Positions 46,201-56,670 of a DNA stretch of 64,000 nt are shown here, in pieces. The position numbers were made by a program, and so were the translations under genes. Origin of the DNA: Acidimicrobiales bacterium (lineage in GTDB: Bacteria > Actinomycetota > Acidimicrobiia > Acidimicrobiales > JAUJNH01); the NCBI GenBank assembly GCA_030448245.1, contig JAUJNH010000006.1, positions 15,788 to 79,787 on the forward strand. Reading direction: 5' to 3'. The notes under the pieces were generated by a model. That model did no database searches and was not told the DNA's origin. It saw nothing but the letters and a program-made list of their open reading frames with translations. Each line of letters opens with the position of its first letter. Position 1 is the stretch's first letter.

Positions 46201-47057
46201 GGGCCGACGAGCTGAGGACCGAGCTCGAGGAGGAGCGGGACTTCCTCCTCCGCTCGCTCGACGACCTCGAGGCCGAGCACGCGGCCGGCGACCTGGCCGA
46301 CGACGACTACCGGGCGCTCGAGGAGGACTACACGGCGCGGGCCGCTGCGGTGCTGCGCCGGCTCCAGCGCCTCGACGGTCCCGAGGAGGTGGCGGTCAAG
46401 GGGAGCGACCCGGAGGCGAAGGCCACCGCCACCGCTCCCCGCCGGGCCGACACGTCCCGGCGGGCACGGTGGCCGATGCTCCTCGGCATCTTCGCCACGA
46501 TCGCCCTGGCCGCCGGCTCGGGCTACCTCGTCACGCAGTCGTCCGGCGAGCGCCGGCCGGACCAGGGGGTCTCGGGAGGCCCCGACAGCTCACCCCGGTC
46601 GCTCCTGCAGCAGGCCATCGACCTCGACAACAGCGGCAAGCTGGTGGACGCGGCCAAGCTGTACGACGCCGTGCTCGCCGAGGAGCCGGAGAACGTCGTC
46701 GCCCTCACCCGGCGGGGCTGGGTGCTGGGCCGCTCCGGGCGCCAGGCCGGGAGCACCGAGCTGCTGCAGGCCGGGCTGGGCTACCTCGACCGGGCCACCG
46801 ACGTCGATCCCAGCTACCCGGACGCCCACGCCTTCCGGGGCCTGGTGCTGGGCGCCCTGCGCCGGCCCGGCGAGGCCGCCTGCGAGTTCCGGCTGTGGCT
46901 GGCCATCGCTCCCATCACCGACCCGCAGCGGCCGGCCATCGAGGGCGTGCTCGACGAGGCGAGAGCCCAGGCCGGCGGCACCCTGCCCGAGTGCCCGGAG
47001 CCGCCCGTCCCGGTGCCGGTGCCGCTGCAACCCGGGGCCCCGACCCCGATGCCGTGA
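46197..47057 (+). CDS. ccmI: CcmI/CycH-like TPR-containing cytochrome c biogenesis protein
   Basis: ATGA overlap with ccmH; one TM, then TPR-like repeats (AAKLYDAVLAEEPENVVALTRRGWVL). Confidence 0.5.
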   Translation: MRADELRTELEEERDFLLRSLDDLEAEHAAGDLADDDYRALEEDYTARAAAVLRRLQRLDGPEEVAVKGSDPEAKATATAPRRADTSRRARWPMLLGIFATIALAAGSGYLVTQSSGERRPDQGVSGGPDSSPRSLLQQAIDLDNSGKLVDAAKLYDAVLAEEPENVVALTRRGWVLGRSGRQAGSTELLQAGLGYLDRATDVDPSYPDAHAFRGLVLGALRRPGEAACEFRLWLAIAPITDPQRPAIEGVLDEARAQAGGTLPECPEPPVPVPVPLQPGAPTPMP

Positions 47058-47113
47058 GGCCCGGCACGATCCCTCGTGTGTGGCCGCTCGACAGCCTGGG
47101 TACCCGCGAACCC

Positions 47114-47665
47114 ATGCAGACGCCCACCGTCGATCGGGACCACGGGTCCACCAGAGTTGTCGACGGCGTCCGCGAGTGCGTCGAGCGTGAGCAGGAGGAG
47201 CACAGCCAGGGCGAGGAGCGGCCGCTGGGTGGCTACGCCGTCCTCCTCGCCACGTACCTGACCATGGTGCTCAGCCTGGGGTTCGTCGTCCGGCGCCGGC
47301 GCAAGCTGCCCGGTCGGCCCGCCGCCGCCGACCTGGCTCTGGTCGCCGTGGCCACCCACAAGGTCGCCCGGATGCTGTCGAAGGACTCGGTGCTCGCCAC
47401 CGTCCGCATGCCCTTCACCCGGTTCGAGGGCCCGGCCGGTCTCGGCGAGGTCAACGAATCGGTGCGGGGAAGTGGCTTGCGGCACGCGGTGGGCGAGCTG
47501 CTCACCTGCCCCTTCTGCCTGGCCCAGTGGGTGGCCACCGGCTTCACGTTCGGGATGCTCCTGGCGCCGCGTGCCACCAGGCAGGTGGCGTCGGTCTTCT
47601 GCGCGGTCACGGCCAGCGACTACCTCCAGCTGGCCTACGCCGCCGCCGAGAAGAAGGCCGAATAG
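47114..47665 (+). CDS. DUF1360 domain membrane protein
   Basis: Conserved LTCPFCLAQWVA motif and flanking TM helices. Confidence 0.6.
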   Translation: MQTPTVDRDHGSTRVVDGVRECVEREQEEHSQGEERPLGGYAVLLATYLTMVLSLGFVVRRRRKLPGRPAAADLALVAVATHKVARMLSKDSVLATVRMPFTRFEGPAGLGEVNESVRGSGLRHAVGELLTCPFCLAQWVATGFTFGMLLAPRATRQVASVFCAVTASDYLQLAYAAAEKKAE

Positions 47666-47712
47666 CAGCGAACGGGCGTTCGATTCGGGGGCTCGCTGGG
47701 TACGACCGCGGC

Positions 47713-47922
47713 ATGAGCGACGACCAGCACGTGGTGCCCAACCCCGAGAAGGACCCCGACCGGTGGGTCACGGGCGACGAGCCCATGACCGGCCCGCAGG
47801 CCAGCTACCTCAGCACCCTGGCCACCGAAGCCGGCGAGGAGCCCCCGCCCGACGACCTGACCAAGGCCGAGGCGTCGAAGCGGATCGATGCGCTGCAGGA
47901 GGAGACGGGCCGGGGGACGTGA
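47713..47922 (+). CDS. DUF3072 domain protein (69 aa)
   Basis: DPDRWVTGDEPMTGPQASYLSTLATEAGE...DLTKAEASKRIDALQ matches the DUF3072 signature. Confidence 0.55.
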   Translation: MSDDQHVVPNPEKDPDRWVTGDEPMTGPQASYLSTLATEAGEEPPPDDLTKAEASKRIDALQEETGRGT

Positions 47923-48023
47923 CACCACTGGTCCTCCTGGCCGCGATCGCCTGAACGGAAGGTGGCCGGCTACCTGGCGGTCGAGGCGTCCGCCACCGCC
48001 GCGGATCGCGGCCGGCAGGCGCC

Positions 48024-49136
48024 TCAGGTGCGCAGGGCGCGGAGGCCGGCCAGCACCTGCGGCAGGGCGTCGAGAAAGGCGTTGACGTCGTCGTCGTCTG
48101 TGCTCCAGCCCACGCTCACGCGCAGGCTGCGGTCGCCCTCGACCCCCATCGCGGCGAGCACCGGCGAAGGCTCGAGCAGCTCGGACGAGCACGACGAACC
48201 CGAGTGGACGGCCACCCCGGCCTGGTCCAGGCCCAGCAGCACGGGCTCGGCCTCGACCCCCTCCAGGCCGAAGCAGGCGATGTGGGGCAGCCGGTCGTCC
48301 GGGGTGTAGCGGACGACGCCTTCGACCGAGGAGGCTCCCTCCAGGAGGCGCTCGGTCAGCCGGTGCTGGCGGGCCCCCTCGGCCACCGGGTCCACTCCGT
48401 CCAGGGCGGCGGCGAAGCCGACGGCGCCGGCGACGTCCTCGAGGCCGGCCCGGCGCATGCGCTCCTGCGCCCCCCCGACGAGCAGCGGCTCGACCCGCAG
48501 GCCCCGGCGCACCAGCAGGGCGCCCACACCGCGGGGGCCGCCCAACTTGTGGGCGCTCACCGACAGCAGGTCAGCGCCGAGGGCGGAGAAGTCAAAGGCC
48601 GCCCGCCCTGCGGCCTGGGCGGCGTCGACGTGGACCAGCGTGCGGGCCTTCCGGGCGGCGGCCACCACCTCGGCCACGGGCTGGACCGTCCCCACCTCGT
48701 GGTTGCCCCACTGCACGTTGACGAGGGCGGCGCCGGCCAGGTCGACGGCCTCGAGCGAGATCCGCCCGGTGGCGTCGACCGGCGGCTCGATCACGCCGCC
48801 GCCGGCGCGAGCCGCCCACTCCCGCACGCACGAGTGCTCCACGGCGGCGGCCACCACGGCCCCCTGGGGCGTGCGGCGGATCGCCCCCCAGGTGGCCATG
48901 GCCACGGCCTCGGTGGCGCCGCTGGTCAGCACCACCTCCCGGCCCGCCCGGCAGCCCAGGGCGGCGGCGATCCGCTCGCGGGCCTCTTCGAGCGCGGCCC
49001 GGGCCATCCGCCCCTCGGTGTGCACCCGCCCGGGGTCGGCGGCGCCGAGCCAGGGTGCCATGGCCTCCACCACCCCGGGCCGCAGGGGCGAGGTCGACGC
49101 GTGGTCGAGGTAGTGGCGGTTGTTCGCTCCGCTCAC
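48024..49136 (-). CDS. Cysteine desulfurase (NifS/IscS-like, class V aminotransferase)
   Basis: GTG start; PLP-lysine motif SVSAHKLGGPRGVGAL, catalytic Cys in HSGSSCSS. Confidence 0.8.
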   Translation of the reverse strand: MSGANNRHYLDHASTSPLRPGVVEAMAPWLGAADPGRVHTEGRMARAALEEARERIAAALGCRAGREVVLTSGATEAVAMATWGAIRRTPQGAVVAAAVEHSCVREWAARAGGGVIEPPVDATGRISLEAVDLAGAALVNVQWGNHEVGTVQPVAEVVAAARKARTLVHVDAAQAAGRAAFDFSALGADLLSVSAHKLGGPRGVGALLVRRGLRVEPLLVGGAQERMRRAGLEDVAGAVGFAAALDGVDPVAEGARQHRLTERLLEGASSVEGVVRYTPDDRLPHIACFGLEGVEAEPVLLGLDQAGVAVHSGSSCSSELLEPSPVLAAMGVEGDRSLRVSVGWSTDDDDVNAFLDALPQVLAGLRALRT

Positions 49137-49149
49137 CTGGCCCGGGCAG

Positions 49150-49905
49150 TCACACGAGGGTGACGCAGGTGGCGTCGCCCCGGGCCCGGCTCTGCTCCTG
49201 CTCGGGGGAGCGGTCGACACCGAGGCCGGCGAGCATGCCGCGGACCATGCCCCGGTCGACGGCGCACAGCACGGGGTGCTGCGAGGCCGTGGTGCCGAAC
49301 GGGCAGCTGTCGGCGATGACGGCGATGAGGCCGTCGCGCGACTCGGCGTGAGCAGCGAACCCGTGGGCGGTGAGGGCGTCGGCGACGGCGTGCAGCGCGG
49401 TGCGCACGTCGCGGACCGCGTCGGCACCGGCCATCGACGCAGCCAGTGCCCGGCCGTGCTCCTCGCCGACCTGCTCGGCCATGGCCTCGGCCTGCTCGCG
49501 GGGCAGCAGGGCCAGCGCCCGCCCGAGGAGGGTGACGATGAGGTCGTCGCGCCGGGCGGGGAAGCCGGTGGTGCCGGCCGAGGCGGCGGCGGCCACGTCG
49601 ACCGGAACCCGGTAGCGCTTGGCCGGGCGCCCGGCGACCCGAGCCTCCGAGCGCGACACGAACACCTCGAGGTAGGTGGACGCGGCCAGCTTGTCGAGGT
49701 GGTGCCGGGCGACGTTGGGGTGCAGCCCGAGGTGCTCGGCCACCTCGGCCGCGGTGACGCCGGCGTCAGCCGCGTCGCGGGCGAAGAGCCAGGCGGACCG
49801 CCGGGTCGGGTCGCCAAAGGCGTTGCTGATGGCGGCGACGTCGGCCCCGAACTCGCGGTGCTGCTCGGGCTCGACACCGGCGGCGACCGGCTGGCTACGG
49901 ACCAC
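49150..49905 (-). CDS. ArsR-type winged-helix regulator with C-terminal Cys cluster (SufR-like)
   Basis: HTH (DPTRRSAWL...VTAAEVAEHLGLHPNVARHHLDKL); C-terminal CPFGTTASQHPVLC (C-x12-C) plus a further Cys; 13 nt upstream of the cysteine desulfurase; start codon uncertain. Confidence 0.55.
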   Translation of the reverse strand: MVRSQPVAAGVEPEQHREFGADVAAISNAFGDPTRRSAWLFARDAADAGVTAAEVAEHLGLHPNVARHHLDKLAASTYLEVFVSRSEARVAGRPAKRYRVPVDVAAAASAGTTGFPARRDDLIVTLLGRALALLPREQAEAMAEQVGEEHGRALAASMAGADAVRDVRTALHAVADALTAHGFAAHAESRDGLIAVIADSCPFGTTASQHPVLCAVDRGMVRGMLAGLGVDRSPEQEQSRARGDATCVTLV

Positions 49906-49920
49906 GAACCGATAGTGTAA

Positions 49921-51105
49921 ATGGCCGTGCCCGTCACCGAGTCGCAGGTCATCGACGCCCTGCGGCCGGTGCAGGATCCCGAGATCGGCACGAGCATCGT
50001 CGAGCTCGAGATGGTCAGGGCAGTCATCGTCGACGGTGGCCTCGTCACCGTCCTGATCGCCCTCACCGTCGCCGGCTGCCCGATGAAGGCCGAGATCGAG
50101 AGCCGGGTCACCGAGGCGGTCGCACCCCTGCCCGGCGTCGAGCAGGTCAAGGTCGAGCTCACGGTCATGTCGCCCCAGGAGCTGGACGCGCTGAAGGCCA
50201 AGATGGGCGCCGGTGGCCACGCCGGCCACGACCACGGCGGCGGCCACACCTTCGCCCAGGGCCGGGGTGGCGAGGCGCCCGACATCAGCTTCAACCGGGC
50301 CGGCTCGAAGACCCGGGTGCTGGCCATCACCTCCGGCAAGGGCGGGGTCGGCAAGTCGTCGGTCACCGTGAACCTGTCCGTGGCGCTGGCCAACCTGGGC
50401 CACGACGTCGCCGTGCTCGACGCCGACATCTACGGGTTCTCGATCCCGAAGATGCTGGGAGCCGACGTGCAGCCCACCGTCCTCGACGAGGAGGAGAAGC
50501 TGCTGCTGCCGGTGGCAGCCCACGGCCTGCGCATCATCTCGGCCGGCAACTTCATCCCTGACGACCAGGCCATGATCTGGCGGGGGCCGATGCTCCACCA
50601 GATGCTCCGCGAGTTCCTCACCCGGGTGTGGTGGGGCGACCCCGACTTCCTCGTGGTCGACATGCCCCCCGGCACCGGCGACATCGCACTCTCGGTGGCC
50701 CAGTACCTGCCGGGGGCCGAGGTCTACGTGGTCACCACGCCGCAGCCAGCCGCCCAGCGGGTGGCGCAGCGCTCGGCGATGATGGCCCGCAACGACAAGA
50801 TCAACCAGCCGGTCATGGGTGTCATCGAGAACATGAGCTGGTTCACGGCCGACGACGGCACCCGTTACCGCCTGTTCGGCGAGGGCGGCGGCCAGCAGCT
50901 GGCCGACGAGCTGGACGTGCCGCTGGTGGGCCAGATCCCGCTCGTGCCCGAGCTGCGCCAGGGTGGCGACACCGGCCTGCCGATCACCATCACCGACCCG
51001 GCCGGCGAGGTGGCCCGGGTGTTCGAGGAGATCGCCAAGCGCATCGAGGCGACCTCGCCGCCCAAGCCGACGAAGGTCTTCCGCCCCGAGCTGCGCATCC
51101 AGTAG
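49921..51105 (+). CDS. mrp: Mrp/ApbC/NBP35-family Fe-S cluster carrier ATPase
   Basis: N-terminal DUF59 (VTESQVIDALRPVQDPEIG), His-rich linker, deviant Walker A SGKGGVGKSS, CxxC-equivalent region. Confidence 0.85.
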   Translation: MAVPVTESQVIDALRPVQDPEIGTSIVELEMVRAVIVDGGLVTVLIALTVAGCPMKAEIESRVTEAVAPLPGVEQVKVELTVMSPQELDALKAKMGAGGHAGHDHGGGHTFAQGRGGEAPDISFNRAGSKTRVLAITSGKGGVGKSSVTVNLSVALANLGHDVAVLDADIYGFSIPKMLGADVQPTVLDEEEKLLLPVAAHGLRIISAGNFIPDDQAMIWRGPMLHQMLREFLTRVWWGDPDFLVVDMPPGTGDIALSVAQYLPGAEVYVVTTPQPAAQRVAQRSAMMARNDKINQPVMGVIENMSWFTADDGTRYRLFGEGGGQQLADELDVPLVGQIPLVPELRQGGDTGLPITITDPAGEVARVFEEIAKRIEATSPPKPTKVFRPELRIQ

Positions 51106-51218
51106 CCAGCCCACCGGACCTAGCTGCTCCAGGCCACGACCGGCGACGGGATCGGGACGGGGGCGGCAGGTGCCACCGTCCCGTCGGCGGCTGCCCCAGG
51201 CTGCGATCCTGGAGGGCC

Positions 51219-52625
51219 TTGCTGTTCCCCACCATCCGCTTCGCGGCGTTCTTCGCCCTCGTCCTCCCGGTCTCGTGGGCCCTCGTGCCCTCGTCCGTCC
51301 GGTGGAAGTGGTTCATGCTCGGGGCGTCGTGGTTCTTCTACGGCTGCTGGGACTGGCGGTTCATCGCCCTCATCGCCCTCAGCACCGCCGGCAACCAGGG
51401 CTTCGCCCACCTGGTCCACCGTTCCCCCGATGGCCCGCCCCGTCGCTGGGCGGTGCGGGCCGCGGTGGCCGCCAACCTGGCCGTGCTCGGCTACTTCAAG
51501 TACACCGGGTTCCTCTTCGACAGCGGGTCGTCGGTGCTGCGGTCGTTCGGCTTCGACGTGACCCCGCCGGCCTCACGGATCGTCCTGCCCGTCGGGATCT
51601 CGTTCATCACCTTCCAGGCGCTCTCCTACGTGATCGACGTGGGGCGGGGGAAGCTGGCGCCCACGACGCTGCTGGACTTCGGGGTCTACCTGTCCTTCTT
51701 CCCCCACGTGGTGGCGGGGCCGATCGTGCGGGCGTCGGAGTTCCTCCCCCAGCTCGACGAGCGGCCCGACCCCCGCAAGGTCGACGTGGGGCCGGCGTTC
51801 TGGCTCATCGCCGCCGGGCTGTTCAAGAAGGTGGTGATCGCCAGCTTCCTGGCCGACCGCATCGTCGACCCCCTCTTCGCCAACCCCGAGCAGCACGGCG
51901 GGCTCGAGGCGCTCGTGGGCATCTACGCCTACGCCATCCAGATCTTCGCCGACTTCTCGGGGTACACCGACATGGCCATCGGCCTGGCCGTCCTCCTCGG
52001 CTTCCGGTTCCCCCAGAACTTCAACAGCCCGTACACGGCCACCTCGGTCCAGGACTTCTGGCGCCGCTGGCACATGACCCTCAGCCGCTGGCTGCGGGAC
52101 TACGTCTACATCCCGCTCGGCGGGAGCCGGAAGGGGCGCAGGCGCACCTCCATCAACATCTTCCTGACGATGCTGCTGGGCGGTCTGTGGCACGGGTCGG
52201 CATGGACCTTCGTGGCGTGGGGGGCGCTGCACGGCGGCTGGCAGGTGTTCGAGCGGCTGCGCCGCGAGCGGTCTGACGACGAGGCGCCCGCCGGACCTCT
52301 CGCCCCCTGGCTCGGCCGCCTGCTCACCTTCCACATGGTCTGCCTGGGCTGGGTCTTCTTCCGGGCCGACTCGTTCCGCACCGCCGGGCTGGTCCTCAGC
52401 CGGCTCTTCCAGCCGTCGCCGACCCCGCTGAACGCCATGGTCCCCGTGGTCGTGGCCCTCATGCTGGCTGCCCAGTTCGTGCCCGCGGCCACGGTGGCCC
52501 GCGCCCGGGGCACGCTGGCCCAGGTCCACCCCGCGGTCCTGGGGGTCGGGCTCGGCATGGCCATCGCCGTCGTCGACGTCCTGGGCCCCGAGGGCATCGC
52601 CCCGTTCATCTACTTCCAGTTCTGA
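51219..52625 (+). CDS. MBOAT-family membrane O-acyltransferase (DltB/AlgI/PatA-like)
   Basis: TTG start (LLFPTIRFAAFF typical N-terminus); conserved MBOAT His (LGGLWHGSAW) and FWRRWHMTLSRWLRDYVYIPLGG. Confidence 0.8.
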   Translation: MLFPTIRFAAFFALVLPVSWALVPSSVRWKWFMLGASWFFYGCWDWRFIALIALSTAGNQGFAHLVHRSPDGPPRRWAVRAAVAANLAVLGYFKYTGFLFDSGSSVLRSFGFDVTPPASRIVLPVGISFITFQALSYVIDVGRGKLAPTTLLDFGVYLSFFPHVVAGPIVRASEFLPQLDERPDPRKVDVGPAFWLIAAGLFKKVVIASFLADRIVDPLFANPEQHGGLEALVGIYAYAIQIFADFSGYTDMAIGLAVLLGFRFPQNFNSPYTATSVQDFWRRWHMTLSRWLRDYVYIPLGGSRKGRRRTSINIFLTMLLGGLWHGSAWTFVAWGALHGGWQVFERLRRERSDDEAPAGPLAPWLGRLLTFHMVCLGWVFFRADSFRTAGLVLSRLFQPSPTPLNAMVPVVVALMLAAQFVPAATVARARGTLAQVHPAVLGVGLGMAIAVVDVLGPEGIAPFIYFQF

Positions 52626-52639
52626 CACCCACGACACCC

Positions 52640-53803
52640 ATGGCGGCCACTCCCTCCCTCCCGCCCCCCGGCCCGCCGCCGCGGCCTCGGCCCGTCCCGC
52701 CTCCGGGACCGGCGGCTCCGGGGCCTCGGCAGCCTGCGGCCGGGACGCCCCTCCCCAGCGTCAGGGGCCGCGTCGAGGGGGGCCGGGTGCACCGACCCGC
52801 CGGAGGGGCCTGGCTCACGATCCTCGTCACCTGCCTCGTCGGTCTGCTGTTCAACGCCGACGGGGCGGCCCACATCGCCGACATCCAGCCCCTCGGCTGG
52901 CGGCGCGACGCCGCTCGGGCGGCCGTCGCCCCCTTCCAGGGGGTGGCGCACGCCCTGCTGCTCAACCGGCCGCGGGCCTGGCTGGCCGGCGCTGTGGGGT
53001 CGCCCGATCTGCAGGGCGCCGGTCGCGACCCCGAGCCCGCGCCTCCCCCCACCAGATCACCCGGGGCGACGACCACCACGGTCGCGCCTCTCCCCGTCCG
53101 CACCCCGACGGCCGACGACCCGCTGCGCGTCTACCTCACGGGCGACTCCTTCCTGGCCGATGTCGGCCGGGGCCTGAGCGCCACCATCGGCAAGGACGAG
53201 ACGTGGGAGGCGACCACCGACGCCAGGCCCGGCACCGGCCTCACCCGGCCCGAGATCATCGACTGGCCGAAGCGGATCAAGGCCCGCCTCCCGAACGACG
53301 CCGAGGTGGTCGTCCTCGGCTTCGGCGGCAACGACGCCCAGGACATGCTGGCCGGCCGCCAGCTGGCGAAGGTGGGCGAACCGGAGTGGGAGGCCGAGTA
53401 CCAGGCCCGCATCGCCCGCGTCCTCGACGTGGTGGAGCGGCCGGGCCGCACGATCGTGTGGGTGGGCATGCCCGCCGCCACCGCCAAGAACATGGAAAGG
53501 GCCCGGCCGGCCATGAACCGGGCGGCCCAGGCCGAGCTGGCCCGCCGGCCCGGCTCGCTGTTCCTCGACACCGAGGCCACGCTCTCGGGTGGCGATGGCC
53601 GGTACAAGGACGTCCTGCCCGTCGACGGCGAGGCCAAGCGGGTGCGGGCCGCCGACGGCTTCCACCTGTCGCGGGCCGGCGCCACCCTCCTCGGGCGCTC
53701 GCTGGTGCGCCTGATCGGCACTGTCTGGCCGCTCGACGACGACGCCTCCGACGGCTCCTCGACCTCGGAGCCCGACTCCACCACGACCTCGACCGCCCCG
53801 TAA
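52640..53803 (+). CDS. SGNH/GDSL-hydrolase-like protein (DUF459-type), MBOAT partner
   Basis: Pro-rich N-terminus, one TM, SGNH-like blocks (YLTGDSF, VVLGFGGNDAQ, ADGFHLS); 15 nt downstream of MBOAT. Confidence 0.55.
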   Translation: MAATPSLPPPGPPPRPRPVPPPGPAAPGPRQPAAGTPLPSVRGRVEGGRVHRPAGGAWLTILVTCLVGLLFNADGAAHIADIQPLGWRRDAARAAVAPFQGVAHALLLNRPRAWLAGAVGSPDLQGAGRDPEPAPPPTRSPGATTTTVAPLPVRTPTADDPLRVYLTGDSFLADVGRGLSATIGKDETWEATTDARPGTGLTRPEIIDWPKRIKARLPNDAEVVVLGFGGNDAQDMLAGRQLAKVGEPEWEAEYQARIARVLDVVERPGRTIVWVGMPAATAKNMERARPAMNRAAQAELARRPGSLFLDTEATLSGGDGRYKDVLPVDGEAKRVRAADGFHLSRAGATLLGRSLVRLIGTVWPLDDDASDGSSTSEPDSTTTSTAP

Positions 53804-53856
53804 GGAGGCGCTCCGTGACCCGGCCAGCTTCTCCGAGCTGCTGGCAGTCTGAAGCC

Positions 53857-54393
53857 CTACTGGGACAGCTGGCCCCGGAGCGCCCCCTGTTGGTGCGCCT
53901 GGCTGTGCACGTTCACGTAGAAGCCCCCCGGGTTCGCCGTCATCCGCCCGATGAGTGCAGCGTCGGCGGTCGCGCATCCCTTCGTGGTGGTGTCAGTCGC
54001 TGTCGGCGTGGTCAGCGGGACCACCACACCACCGCTCTTGCCGGTCGCTCCCTCGTGGATGTGCATCGCGGTCGGCTGGTCGATCTTCTGGGCGCTGACC
54101 TCGTAGCAGACCTCGCGCTTGGTGACGTCGATGTTCACGGTCGCCGACCCGGTCCCGTCCGGGTCACCGGGCCCGGGAATCTCCGAAGCTCCCGTGAGGG
54201 TGGCCTTCAGCCGGGTGGCGCCCTCGGCCGCCCCGGCGACGGTCGTGGCCGCCTGCCTGGCGCCGCTGACGACGGTGGTGACCGCCTCCCTCGCATCCTG
54301 CCCCACGTCGTCGGCGTCATCACCGCACCCCGCCAGCGTCGTCAAGGCGAGGCCCGTGAACAGGCACACCGTGCCCTTGCTCTGCTTGCGCAT
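53857..54393 (-). CDS. CHRD-domain lipoprotein
   Basis: Lipobox LTTLAGCG; CHRD-like motifs (LTGASEIPGPGDPDGTGSATV, GFYVNVHS). Confidence 0.5.
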   Translation of the reverse strand: MRKQSKGTVCLFTGLALTTLAGCGDDADDVGQDAREAVTTVVSGARQAATTVAGAAEGATRLKATLTGASEIPGPGDPDGTGSATVNIDVTKREVCYEVSAQKIDQPTAMHIHEGATGKSGGVVVPLTTPTATDTTTKGCATADAALIGRMTANPGGFYVNVHSQAHQQGALRGQLSQ

Positions 54394-54607
54394 CCGATTG
54401 CTCCTTCTGCTCGGCGCTGCTGCCCTCGATCGACAGGTACCCATCGAGGCCCCGGACGATGCGAAGGCGTCAAGCGGGGCGGGGCGCTGGCCGGTGCTCG
54501 GGAACGGCGGCGGACCGAGTATCGGCGGAGGCTGCTCTGGGTTCTCGTCGCATCCGCCACCTCGGCCACGAAGAGGGCGCAGCCGCCGCGCGGTGCGGCC
54601 GCCTCGG

Positions 54608-55475
<868 letters not shown>

Positions 55476-55486
<11 letters not shown>

Positions 55487-56570
55487 CCACGCCGGCCGGC
55501 AGGGCGGCCGGGTCCCAGCCCAGCAGCGTGACGGCCTGGGAGAAGGCGAAGCGGTCGGTCATGCCGGCCACGTACGACACGGCCTCGCGCACTGCGTCCT
55601 CGCTGCCCGCGACCAGGCCCCGGGGGGTGGTGCCGTCGCCGAAGGTCGGCAGCACGTTGGGCCGGTCGGCGTACAGCTCGACCAGGGCGTGGAGGACCTT
55701 GACCACCGAGGCCCCCTGCTGGACCGACGCCGGCCGCAGGTAGACGTGCTCGTAGTCAAAGGCGCGCAGGGCGGCCAGCGCCTCGGCCATCTCGGGCACC
55801 ATCCCGACCCGGCCCTGCCCGGCCGACCCTTCGACCAGGCCGCGGATCAGCGCCCGCAGCTGGCTGGACCGGGTGGACCCGCACCGCTCGAGCACCACCT
55901 GGGGGACCATCTCGTAGGTGACGACGCCGGCGGCCACCGCGTCTTCGAGGTCGTGGCACACGTAGGCGATGCGGTCGGCCCACGACACGACTTCGCCCTC
56001 GGCCGTCGCCGGCGCCGGCCGGCTCCACGAGTGGTTGCGGATCCCGTCCAGCGTCTCGTCGCACAGGTTCAGCGGGGCCAGCGTGACGTCGGCGCCCCAG
56101 GTGGCGTGGTCGAACCCGTCGGGCAGGAAGGCGGCGAACGCGTCCTCGCTGGCGTGGCCACCGGGACCATGGCCGCAGTCGTGGCCCAAGGCGATGGCCT
56201 CGGCCAGCGCCACGTTCAGGCGCAGGGCTCGGGCCGCGGCGGTGGCCACCTGCGCCACCTCGAGGGCGTGGGTGAGCCGGGTGCGCTGGTGATCGTCGGG
56301 GAAGACGAACACCTGGGTCTTGCCGGCCAGCCGGCGGAAGGCGGCCGAGTGCAGGATGCGGTCGCGGTCGCGCTCGAAGCAGGTGCGCCACCCGTCGGCC
56401 GCCTCGGCCACCGCCCGCCGGCCCGCGCCGTGGGCCCGGGTGGCGCCCGGGGCCAGCGCCGCCGCCTCGGCCGCCTCGCGCTCGTCCCGCTCCAGCGGCC
56501 CCAGCCGGCCCACCACCGCACCCGAGTCGGCGTGGGCCACCCAGACGTCGTCGCCCGGATGTCCGGCCAT
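55476..56570 (-). CDS. dGTPase-like HD-domain deoxynucleoside triphosphate triphosphohydrolase
   Basis: HD motif region (LTHALEVAQVA, HDCGHGPGGH, CHDLEDAV), GMTDRFA C-terminal motif. Confidence 0.8.
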
Positions 56571-56670
56571 GGTCGACGCCCACTCCTGAGCTCGCGTGGT
56601 CGTGGTCACAGGGGCGACGGTAGCGAGGGGCCGTGACGGGAACGTCGATGGCCGGAGTAGGTTCCTCGGC

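Noticed and set aside
47640-47712. GTTCGATTCGGGG stretch resembling a tRNA T-loop
   Set aside because: Flanking bases cannot form a T-stem or acceptor stem; no cloverleaf can be drawn; lies in the 47-nt spacer between DUF1360 and DUF3072 genes
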